64,000 nucleotides of DNA from contig OY969763.1 in NCBI GenBank assembly GCA_963702845.1, forward strand, positions 2,432,001 to 2,496,000, given 5' to 3'. Source of the DNA: an uncultured Verrucomicrobiae bacterium (lineage in GTDB: Bacteria; Verrucomicrobiota; Verrucomicrobiia; Limisphaerales; Palsa-1400). Shown piece by piece: positions 32,671-43,500 of this stretch; the stretch's first letter is position 1; every line of letters starts with the position of its first letter. The translations under genes and the position numbers were made by a program. The notes under the pieces are model-generated. The model saw only the letters and a list, made by a program, of their open reading frames with translations. It did no database searches and was not told the DNA's origin.

Positions 32671-34192
32671 ATGGCTGACACTCCCCTGCTGCAAGTCACG
32701 GGCCTGCGAGAAAAGTTACAACGTCCCGGTTCTCTCTGATTTCAATTTCGATTTGCATCGAGGTGAAGTCCACGCGCTCGTCGGCAGCAACGGTGCGGGA
32801 AAATCAACATTCGCGCGAATTCTTTGCGGCCTAACCGCACGCGATCGTGGCGGCATTCGACTCAATGGCCGCGATTACGCTCCCGGTTCGAAACGCGAGG
32901 CCGAACACGCTGGTGTCGTCATGGTGCTGCAGGAGCTAAACGTCATTGGCACACTGACCATCGCCGAAAATATTTTTCTCAACCGCTTGCCACGAAGCGG
33001 CGGGTTGATCCGTTTCGACGACCTGCACAAACGCGCCGCAACCGCCCTCGCCCGCGCAGGATTGGATGGCGTCGATCCATCCACCCCGGCCGGGTTGCTC
33101 GGTGTCGGTCATCAGCAACTCGTTGAAATTGCGGGTGCGCTCTCGCAGGACTGCAGACTTCTCATTCTCGACGAGCCCACCGCAGCGTTGAGCGATCCAG
33201 AAATCGATCAGCTTTTCGAAAACGTCCGTCGACTGCAAAACGAAGGCGTTGGCATCATCTATGTCAGCCATCGCATGGATGAGATTCGCCGCATCGCCAA
33301 TCGCATCACCGTTTTGCGTGATGGCCGTCGCGTTGCGACTCATGAAACCGGAGCCATCACTTCGGCACAACTAGTGCGCGAAATGGCCGGTCATGATCTT
33401 CCTGAACGCAAACAGACCGGTTCGCGCGCGTCTGGTTCCGTTGCGTTGCAGGTGAACAATCTTCGAGCGGGCACTCGCGTGCGTGGCGCCAGCTTTGAAG
33501 CCCGATGCGGCGAGATCCTGGGAATCGCGGGGCTCATCGGCTCGGGCCGCACCGAAACCATGCGCGTGATTTTTGGAGCGGATCCAAAGCAAAGCGGGGA
33601 AATTTTCATCAACGGCAAGCTTGCCGAAATCCGCGCGCCAAAAGACGCTGTCAAAGCAGGAATCGGTTTTATTCCTGAGGACCGCAAACAACACGGCCTC
33701 TTATTGTCGCAATCCATTCGCGTCAACACGACACTGGCTTCCATTTCCTCCCACTCAAAGAAAGGATGGCTGGACATTGCCGCGGAAACGCTGACCGCCA
33801 GCTCGCAGCGCGAACAATTGCAGACACACTGCCATACGATTGAGCAAACCGTGTCAGAGCTGAGCGGTGGCAATCAACAGAAAGTCGTGATTGCGCGCTG
33901 GCTCGCACGCGATTGCAGCATCTTGCTGTTTGATGAACCCACGCGCGGAATCGATGTTGCGGCGAAAGATACAATTTACGAATTAGTCCGCGGACTCGCG
34001 GCCAAAGGCAAAGCAGTCGTCATCGTCTCAAGCGAATTGGTTGAGTTGATGGCACTGTGCGATCGAATTGCGGTGATGTCCGACGGCCGTATCGCTGCTG
34101 AGTTTCTGCCTGGCGAATGGTCGCAAGAAAAAATCACCAAAGCTGCGTTTAGCAGTTATCTCACTGAAACAGAAAGAGCCGCCGCGCTATGA
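32671..34192 (+). CDS. rbsA: Sugar ABC transporter ATP-binding protein (double NBD); 5' frameshift
   Basis: GSNGAGKS, ILDEPT, GLIGSGRTE, PEDRK, LSGGNQQK and FDEPTRGIDV. ATG at 32671 is out of frame with ORF 32753..34192. Confidence 0.88.
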
Positions 34193-35199
34193 CTTTATTT
34201 AAACCCCGCAAACTCATCGAATACGCGGCCATGGCGGCGATTTGGATCGCGCTCATTTTGCTATTCGGTTTCCTGAGCCATAACTTTCTCAGCACGCGCA
34301 CATTTCTCACACTCGCCAACCGCATCCCTGCCCTGGCGGTCGTATCTGTTGGTATGACGTTGATCCTCGTGATTGGCGGGATCGATTTGTCGGTTGGCTC
34401 GATCGCCGGCCTGTGCGGTTCTGTTCTTGGAGTTCTCGTGATCGACGCTCACATTCCGTTCTGGGAAGCAACCGTGTTATGCCTAGTGATTGGCCTCGCC
34501 GCCGGAATCGTAAATGGATTGATCAGTGTCTGTCTGAACATTCCCTCGTTCATCGTCACTCTCGGAATGCTGGAGGTCGCACGCGGCCTGGCTTACCTTG
34601 TTACCGGATCGCAAACAAAATATATCGGCGGCGCGATTGAAGGTTTATCTGAGCCCATTCACTCGCTGGGAATCTCTCCCGCGTTCCTGATCACAATTGC
34701 GTTAACGGTCATCGGACAAATCGTTTTGTCGCGCACAGTATTTGGACGTTATCTGATCGCGATCGGCACGAACGAACAAGCAACGCGCCTGGCGGGTATC
34801 AATCCTGTTCCCTCAAAGATTGCTGTGTTCGCGCTCGCGGGTTTGCTCAGTGGTTTGGGCGGCGTGTTTCTGACATCGCGACTTGGATCAGCAGATCCAA
34901 ACGTCGGCGTGGGCATGGAGCTTTCAACGATTGCCGCGGTAGTCATCGGAGGAACCAGTCTGATGGGCGGACGTGGTTCGGTCATCAACACCTTTTTTGG
35001 CGTATTGATCATCGCAACTCTCGACGCCGGTCTAGCACAAATCGGCGCTTCCGAACCTGCTAAACGTGTCATCACCGGTTCAGTGATCGTCGGAGCGGTG
35101 ATTTTGGACGCCTCACGGCAACGGTTAGCGTCCCGGCTGGCTCAGTCTTTGGACGTCGTTAAACGAAATGCCAGCACGGCAGTGCCGGTATCGAAATGA
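34189..35199 (+). CDS. rbsC: Sugar ABC transporter permease
   Basis: GGIDLSVGS, PSFIVTLG, FGRYLIAIGTNE and IAAVVIGGTSLMGGRG; overlaps the convergent gene by 58 nt. Confidence 0.88.
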   Translation: MTLFKPRKLIEYAAMAAIWIALILLFGFLSHNFLSTRTFLTLANRIPALAVVSVGMTLILVIGGIDLSVGSIAGLCGSVLGVLVIDAHIPFWEATVLCLVIGLAAGIVNGLISVCLNIPSFIVTLGMLEVARGLAYLVTGSQTKYIGGAIEGLSEPIHSLGISPAFLITIALTVIGQIVLSRTVFGRYLIAIGTNEQATRLAGINPVPSKIAVFALAGLLSGLGGVFLTSRLGSADPNVGVGMELSTIAAVVIGGTSLMGGRGSVINTFFGVLIIATLDAGLAQIGASEPAKRVITGSVIVGAVILDASRQRLASRLAQSLDVVKRNASTAVPVSK

Positions 35200-37004
35200 C
35201 CGGTGACACGAACTTTCGCGTCTTTGATCAACATCTTTGGAGGATGCGCTAACTGCAGCACCAATTCTTTCCTTTCACCCGGCGCAAGTGTCAACTCCGG
35301 CAAGGGCTGCGACTTCCATTTTTGAGGTAAAGTCACAGTGAGTTTTCCGTGAACCGGCTGCGGCCCAAAATTGTAGACAAACAGCGGAATCGTTGCCTTC
35401 TTACCTTCGGGAATCCGATATGCAGATTCGTTCAGAACGATATCTTCCTGTCGCGGCAACGCTTGAATCACAACACTTCCAGCATCTCCCGCCAACAGCT
35501 TTGCTGGCGCGGGTGGCGGAAACAAATCAGGGCGCGAGTCGTTTGCCAGGATTGCGTAGGCAGGTGCAGTCGTTAGATGCAATACCTGAGAGGGTTTGAC
35601 GGCGCGCCCCAAATGGTCGAAACACGCCAGTGGCTGATTCGGCAGTTCAAACGTGTCGTCCGAGTCCGACCAAATCACAAGCACGTCTGCTTCTTTGCCG
35701 TCCGGCTTCGCTCGAAAAACGTAGCCGTGAATTAACTCATCGGCGGTCTTCACCCTTCCAACGGGAGCAGCATCCGCCAACAAACGTCCAACTGCGGCAG
35801 CCGCGACAAACGCCGGACGTGGGGTGATATCTTTGTGCAAAATCCCGTATTGAATTTGGTGCTCGGAATAATCAGGCAGCATGAAATAAAACACCGCCCT
35901 TGTTCCTTCATGCATCGACAACGTGTAAACTTTCGCCACCCGTTCACTTTGCTCGCGCAAATCGGCGTCCGTTGGTTCTTTGAGCTTTTCGTCGCCTTTC
36001 CAGTAGACAAACACATTACATTCCGTAACCCACATAGGTTTGCCGCCCGAAACAGCACGCAAATCGTGGTATAATTTTGGATATTCCGAAAACGGGTAGT
36101 AGTGATGCAGGTTGAAATAATCGAAATAGGGCCAAGCTTCATTGTCATTGAAATCGGCCAACGTCGACGCCCGATGAATCGCAAAAACATTTTGGCAAAC
36201 TGGCAATTCAGGATCACCGGCTTTCAATCCGAGATACGCCACCTTTTGGTAGGTGGCCATTTCGCTGCCGGTATGCCCGCCGAATTCCTTAATATCCGCC
36301 TCATTCCATGGTTCGATCGCTTCGATCAAGCCATGCCAGCGCCGTGCAAATTGCCGATAGGAATTGTAAACATCTCGCAAATCTAAAGCGAAATGCTGCG
36401 TGTGCGGATTTGCCCATTCAGGCGATGCGTGATTGACCTGCAAAACTTTCAATCCTGCGGTCGTTTGAGCGCTAAGCGCATCGTCATAGCGCGTGTGTGG
36501 AGCAAATTCACCTCGCTTCGGCTCCATTTCCGGCCAAGACATGCGATCGCGTACGCGGTTCATGCCCGCAAGTTGGCAAATATTGATAACATTTGTGACC
36601 TGCTCTCCCGAAAAAATCCACGCCATTGCGACATCAATTCCAATCGGCGAAGTCTCCGGTGTCGGCGCTTTCAACGGCTCGATCACGGCGGCGAAAACGC
36701 GGTTAGTAATGTGGCCGACGCCCCGAACAATTTTGTAAATACCGACCGGCAGCTTCCCCACTTCCGCCTTGCCGTTCTTGAATGGGCCGGTGCGAATAGT
36801 GTTGTTGTCGTAGTCTACCACGCGCCAGGTTTCCACCTCGCCGGGCGGCTCAGCAACAACTACAGGTTCGTCGGCGAGAAAGATATTCCCAGGATGCGAT
36901 GGCAGCGGCCGCGGGATGTCGCGCTTGAGCGGTGCGGCTTCACCTCGCAAGCCAAGCATCGTCAGCAGTCCCAAAATCCCAAGCGTGAATCGAAACCGTT
37001 TCAA
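35142..37004 (-). CDS. Secreted clan GH-A-like glycoside hydrolase (GH39/GH5-like, family unclear)
   Basis: Signal peptide; RDRMSWPEMEP, EPWNEAD (acid/base), NLHHY, WVTECN (nucleophile) and YGIL...PRPAF. Starts 4 nt after the upstream stop. Confidence 0.7.
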   Translation of the reverse strand: MKRFRFTLGILGLLTMLGLRGEAAPLKRDIPRPLPSHPGNIFLADEPVVVAEPPGEVETWRVVDYDNNTIRTGPFKNGKAEVGKLPVGIYKIVRGVGHITNRVFAAVIEPLKAPTPETSPIGIDVAMAWIFSGEQVTNVINICQLAGMNRVRDRMSWPEMEPKRGEFAPHTRYDDALSAQTTAGLKVLQVNHASPEWANPHTQHFALDLRDVYNSYRQFARRWHGLIEAIEPWNEADIKEFGGHTGSEMATYQKVAYLGLKAGDPELPVCQNVFAIHRASTLADFNDNEAWPYFDYFNLHHYYPFSEYPKLYHDLRAVSGGKPMWVTECNVFVYWKGDEKLKEPTDADLREQSERVAKVYTLSMHEGTRAVFYFMLPDYSEHQIQYGILHKDITPRPAFVAAAAVGRLLADAAPVGRVKTADELIHGYVFRAKPDGKEADVLVIWSDSDDTFELPNQPLACFDHLGRAVKPSQVLHLTTAPAYAILANDSRPDLFPPPAPAKLLAGDAGSVVIQALPRQEDIVLNESAYRIPEGKKATIPLFVYNFGPQPVHGKLTVTLPQKWKSQPLPELTLAPGERKELVLQLAHPPKMLIKDAKVRVTGHFDTGTAVLAFRLTTSKD

Positions 37005-37008
37005 CTAG

Positions 37009-40000
37009 TTATTTAACTTTAAAGAACGCTTTCGTGCTGGCGTTGACGTTGATGGTGTAAGGACTGGCTGCACCAACGACGTTTGTAAATGTTCCGGCAA
37101 CATCCGTCGAGGATTGCAGCGAATATGGCGCGTCCCAAGTCAGGACGAGGTTCGAACCGTTACGAGTAACGGTGATCACCGCCGGAGCCGCTGCCGCGTC
37201 GGGACCGAACCGAACACCGCGCAAATTTTGGTTCACACCGGCCGTTGCCAGCGTCGTTACACTCGCAGAACCGCTATTGTCGACGATTGCCAGCAAACGA
37301 TTGAACGCCGAATCGCTGGTGGTCGCATAAACCACGGGCATCGCGCCACTGAAATCCACAGTGATGTAACGGATGGCGCCGACCGTCAACGTGTAGGCGA
37401 AGTACCAGCTCGAGCCGTCGAACTGATAGCGCATCACACCGATACTGGTGCCCAGATAAATAATTGTTCCCGTCGGATCAACAGCCATGTCTGTTGGCGT
37501 GGAACCCGGAATAAACAAGGAAGTTGGCGCCGTTGCAGTAGTCGGAAATCCATTCCATTGCAACACGGCAATACCGCTGGACGAGCCTGATACGCTGTAG
37601 AGGTTGCCGTTGAAAATATCCACCGACCGTAAGTTCGGGTACGACGACTGGATCGTCACGGCCGACTGGCTCAAACCAAAATAGTAAGTGCCACCCGCAT
37701 TACCGGCTCCCCAGAAGTTATTTGTCCCATCAGATGCCGCGCCACGGAAATAAGTCGCGCTATAGGCAGTGGTATCCGTCACTGGCAATGTGAACTGTCC
37801 ACCGCCATCAATCAGTCCGACGCCACGCGGCACCGCCGTGGATCCGGATTGGAATAACGCAGACGCATACGGCGCTGTCGTGTGATAGCCGCCAAAAACC
37901 ATGTAATGCCGATCCGGTGTGCGCGAGAGTGCCGTCCCGGTAATTGTTGAACCATTGGCGTCCGGTCCCATTTCGATCAACGCATTCGCACCTGTATCAG
38001 GAATGCTAACTGTGTTCACATACGCACCGTTCGTCGTGAATTGATCGAGGAATGTCGAGTTGCCGTTGAACGTCGGCGTCTGCGCGCCATCGCCAACGCG
38101 CACAACAATCACGTTTGTATTGAAAAGTCGAATCGAGGGAACCACGGACAGGGCCGCCGCAGCACTCGTCGTCGAACCATAGTTGTTGCTGACGACCACC
38201 GAGTAGCTGGCTGACATAGCGGCTTGAACATTCGACAATGTGTACCCGAATGCATTTGCATTCGGTATACTCACGTTATTCGAAAGCCACTGGTAGGTGA
38301 ACGGGGCTGTGCCATTCACGGCCACTGCGAACGCAGCATTGTTGCCAGCGACGATCACGCGAGAACTTGGTTGCGAGGCAATCGATGGAGGAGCGTATAC
38401 CGTCAGAATGGCATCACCACTCACCACACTCAAACCTGAGGCATCGCCGACCGAAACACTGTAACTCGCGGCATCACCGCTCGACAGCGACGAAACCGTG
38501 AGAGTGCTCGTAGCGGCACCGATAATGTTTCCACCGTCACTCAAATTCGCGCCATTCTTCCGCCATTGATATGTAATTGGTGCGGCACCCGAAGCCGACA
38601 CATTGAATGTTGCGCTCGTTCCCGCAACACCCGTCGCAGAAGCGGGCTGCGATATGATCGGCTCAATCACCGTCAACGAAGCAGGCGCGCTGTCGACTGA
38701 ACCCGTAGTATCAGTAACCGTTGCGATGTAACTCGCCACATCCAGATACGAAACACCAGAGATCGTCAACGTGCTCGTATGACTGCCCGAAATTCTTCCG
38801 CCGTCCGTCAAATTTCCAACGTTCACCTTCTGCCATACATAGCTGCGCGCCGTTAATCCAACTGACGCGACCTGGAACGTTACCTTGTTACCATAGTTCG
38901 TCGTGACACTCTGTGGTTGCGCGGTGATTGCGGGGTCGTTGACCGTCAATGTTGCCGGCACGCTTTGCACAGCCATGTTAAGGCCGTTTTGCACGGACAC
39001 CGCGTAACTACCCTGGTCGGAGAACGAAGCGCTACCAACCGTTAACGTTGGTGACGCGGATCCTGAAATATTTCCTCCGTCGAACAAATCACTTCCGTCT
39101 TTGTTCCACCGATATGAAAGCGGAGCCACCCCGGCTGCACTGACGTGGAACGTTGTCGTGGTTCCCGGCGGAACCGTTTGGCTCACTGGCTGTGAATTGA
39201 TTGCAGGATCACCCACGCTCAACTGCGCAACCTGTCCGGTCGTTGTGCCGTAAGAATTAGACGCCACCACAACATAACTGTCCGCATCGTTCTGGGTAAC
39301 ATTCGACACAGTCAAAGTGGCGGAAGTCGACCCACTGACATTGCCGCCGTTGGACAAAACAGTCGCGCCCTTATACCACTGGTAACTAATCGGGGTCGCA
39401 CCGACGACCATAGTTGGAATCGTCACCGTTGTGCCCGCGTTCACCGTAATGTTCGAGCTACCTTTTGCAATATCCGGTGCTCCAGTCACAACGGCCCATG
39501 TCAGGCCGACGCGGACTTCATCAACAACACAGCCAGGTGGAGCATTGGTAAAACATCCAAGCATGAACGACTGAATACCAGGCGCACTCAAATCGGTTCC
39601 CGCCGTAACCGTAACCGTCGGAGTCGGCGGCGTCGCTGCGCCGAACGTGTTGGTTGCGGGGTTTACCCACAAATTTGCCGGGTGACCCGTTGTTCCGTAG
39701 TCGTAGCTTCCAACAACCAACACAACATCGCCAACGTTGCGAACGGTTGTGTCATACGCCTGGTTGGCAGTGCTGGGTTTATTCTTTCCAATTCCGAGCA
39801 AATACCCACCACCTGATTTTTCCGCGACGATGTAAGAAGTCGCACGAGCGACTGCCGCTCGTTGCGGTCCGAAGTTGTCTCCGAATGCGGCAAACAAATT
39901 CGGGGTTGCGCTCGAACTCAATGTTGAAATATCGGTCACCTTGAGCAGGAAGGAAAAGTAACACGCGCCGGTACTCACCGCCGGAAACGTTACACTCATG

Positions 40001-40330
40001 CGCCCCATGTTTCCCGTTGCCGGTGGGATGAACAAACTGTTGCCGGGCGAAGTGGGCAAACCGGGATAACTAAGGTTGCCGTTTGTAACGATCGGATTGC
40101 CACTCACTGCAGCTCCGGCGAAATTGCTAATACACCCCCAAATTCCACCCGTCGCATTCGTCGCCAGGACGTAGCCCGCCGCATTTGTGAACCCGAAACA
40201 CAACTGCGCGCCAACCGTATACGAAGTCCCGCCATAGGCCGTTGCGTCGGCAAACGGTTCATAAACAGACAGGGCGTTCGCACGGCTGAGGGCTAATGCA
40301 AAAGAAATACAGACGGGTACCTTTTTTCAT
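37009..40330 (-). CDS. Secreted Ig-repeat protein A (shared N-domain, about 5 Ig repeats, propeller-like domain, short C-terminal domain); 1-nt frameshift in the A-run after ATG
   Basis: ORF 37009..40203 extends in frame to [31 protein letters not shown] 40330 is one base out of frame. Ig repeats follow P.I..QP...YQW.K.G...D...Y.V.V.N. Confidence 0.85.
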
Positions 40331-40407
40331 ATGACGAAAGAATTCAAGCGACGATAACCCTTCTTGTTGAGGAATATGGCGCGCATGAAAGTTAATCAAC
40401 TGGGCTA

Positions 40408-40443
40408 CCGCAAACGTTTGCGCAAAATGCCCCATTATGTCAA
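40408..40443 (-). promoter_or_regulatory. -35 box plus LacI-type operator 4 (protein A/GH-A unit)
   Basis: Minus strand TTGACATAATGGGGCATTTT-GCGCAAACGTTTGCGG. Confidence 0.85.
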
Positions 40444-40528
40444 GTTAGATTCGATTTCAGCCTCTTTTCAGGAGTAGCGTCCCTGCAATGCACAAGGACG
40501 TCCCACCTTATAACCTCGTCCTAAACCC

Positions 40529-43500
40529 CTATCTACTGAACACTGCATGCAGTGTCAGCCCATTAGTCATGATAAATGTCAGCACAGAGCTCGTGCTAAG
40601 GTCTTGAGTTCCATCCGTCCACTTAAGGAACGTTGTAGTCGGCGCTGCCTTAATGACGTAGGGCTGTCCGACGTCCAACAGCGTGCCATTAACCGGTTTG
40701 CCTAAGTTTGACAACACTCCGACGGCAGAGCCTCTTGCGGTGCCGCCACCCTGCTTCTCGACAACAACGTGGAACGTATCCGGATTAGCAATATAATAGT
40801 AGTTCACCGCTTTGCTGTAATTCGTGTTGGATGCGGAATCGACGGCAGCGGCGTAGAACGTGTTAGTGCCATCGGCTAGTTGCACATGTGTCGCCCACAG
40901 CGATATCTTGCCAGCGACAGGATTCGTTGGCGTAAACAAGTCGCTCATTACGAATGTTGCAGGGACCGTCAGCAAGGCAGTCGATGGATTCGTCCGTATC
41001 AACGTCACGGAAACAAGAAGGCCGTTGTCCAAGGCTTTGCCTCTGATATCGACTTCAGGAGCGACATTAGTTTGAGTCGCGACAACCAATCCATTCGTCG
41101 CTTTCGTTTTATCTTTCGGGTCCTTGATCATGATCATCGGCGGCGCTTTCGTGTCGAGCAACAGCGAGATCAGCAGTGACGCCGTCCCTTTATTGGGAGC
41201 GTTGTTGTGCACATCACAGGAATAAAGGCCTTCATAGCCAGGCTGTACATTCCCGATAAAATATGTAGAGTCAGTTGCTCCGGAGATCGCGTTTCCATTC
41301 TGGAACCATTGATACGTGAACGGCGCAAGACCTTTGGAAATTTTAGCCGTGAGCGTGTTATCAAAACCTTGTTTAACGTGTGGGCCGTGTTTCGAAACGA
41401 TCACCAGCTTCGGCGGATCGTAAAGCGTCACAGTAACACTATCGCTGGTTAGATGCCCGTTCGGCGCGTTTGTTACGACACAGTAATAGTTGCCGGCATT
41501 CTTTCCTGCTGTGAGTTTACTTAGTGTCAGGGTGGAGGTAGTCGCGCCAAGGATTCCAGCGGCGCCACTGTCTTTCAACGTTTTCGTCGCCGATCCGATG
41601 TGCTGAAACCATTGGTATTTCAGTGCCGTGCCACCCGCGCCGATCGTCAGCACAACGTTGCTACCCGTCGAACCGATCGCGTTCGCCGGCTGCATATTGA
41701 TCGCTGGATCCGTCACCGTAATAACTGCTACGGCACTGGTCGCGGTGACGCTGTTCGCGGTGACCGTCACATAATAACTGTCAGCATCGGCGCGAACTGC
41801 ATTCGTTTTCACAAACGTCGCATCAGTCGCGGCAGCAATTGCACTCGTACCTTTGTACCATTGATACGTCGGGCTCGAACCACCGGCCACAACTGAAAGG
41901 GTCAGGTCGGTGCCGGCATTGATGTTGTGCGATTGCGGCTGAGTATCGATCGATGGACCACAGCCTGTGACAGTGACAACGCGCGTCGCCGATCCAGTGT
42001 TATTGCTGGGATCGATTGCGCTATACGTCAGCGTATAAGTTCCAGCAACGTTCCCGTTCACGGTGCCAGTGGTACTAACAGACAATGAGCCGGCACAACT
42101 GTCGCTGGCCGTCGCGCCTGGGTCGCTGAAGCTGCTATTGCAATCGACATTCATCGTCGCCGAACCGTTTAACGTGACTACCGGCGGCGCGGTATCAACA
42201 ACCGTCAATGCCGCCGCCGTGCTGGTTACGGTTTGCAAACCGGCAACTGCAACACTGTAACTGTTCCCCGATCCTGCCGTCGTGACACCAACTAGCGTCA
42301 GGCTTGTGCTGGTCGATCCTGAAACGGATACACCGTCACTCAACGGATTCCCATTTTCATACCACTGATAAGTCACCGATGGCGTGCCGCTTGCGCTTAC
42401 GTTGAAAATAGCATTGCCGCCACATTGAACTGTTGCCGGGGTGGGTTGGACCGTGATCGCGGGATCGTTTACCGTCAACGTCGCCGACGCGCTATTGCTG
42501 CTCGCGCCATTACTTACAACGACTGAGTAAGTCTGAGCGTCCGTCGACGCGACACTCGAAACCGTCAGACTCGATGTCGTCGAACCGGTAATATTTCCGG
42601 TGTTCGACAGGTTCACGCCGCCTTTTTGCCATTGGTAACTTAAGGTGCCGCCACCAACCGCTGAAACCGAGAGCACGACGTTGTCACCGAAATTTGCAGT
42701 TTGTGAAGTCGGTCCAGAAGAAATGCTCACCGGGTTAATGACAGTTAAACTCGCGGAAGAACTGGTCGCGCTGCTGTGCATATTCGTAACGGTGAAAGAA
42801 TAGCTGCCCTGGTCTGCTGCCGAAAGATTCGCAATGCTCAGTGTGGCATTGAATGCACCGGAAACGATCGAGCCGGAGCCGGTTGTTCCGTCCGCCAACG
42901 CCACTGAATCTTTAAACCACTGGTACGTCAGCGGTGTGTCTCCAGCAGCCGAACCAGTAAATGTGACTGAACCTCCGGTCGCGCCCGTTTGGCTGGTCGG
43001 CGACGAGGTTACTGCAACCGGTGTTTCGGTCGGACCGAAACGAAGACCGCGGAAGGTTTGATTCACGCCAGCCGTTGTAAAAGTGGTCACCGGCGCAGCA
43101 ACACCGGTATCTGTGACAGTCACGATCCTGTTGAACGACGAATCTGTCGTCGTTGCAAAAATCACCGGAGCCGCACCGCTAAAGTCGACCGCAACGTAAC
43201 GCACAGAGCCAGTGCCCAGCGTGTAAACCAAAGTCCACGTCGAACCATCAAATTGCCATTTGGCCACGCCCGCACTGGTGCCGACGTAAATGTTCGTTCC
43301 CGTCGAATCAACAGCGATGTCCGACGGAACCGATGCCGGAACAAACAATGTCGTCGCTGCGGTTGCGGTTGTCGGACGGCCATTCCATTTCAAAATCCCA
43401 GTGCCGCTGCCTGAGCCCGAAACGGTGTAGAGGTTGCCATTGAAAATATCCACCGAACGCAGGTTCGCGAATGAGGTCTGGATGGTCGCTGCCGCCGCAT

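Noticed and set aside
37009..40203. Apparent abundance of N-x-S/T sequons, suggesting N-glycosylation
   Set aside because: I counted about 15 in 1064 aa, roughly what the high Asn and Ser/Thr content would give by chance.
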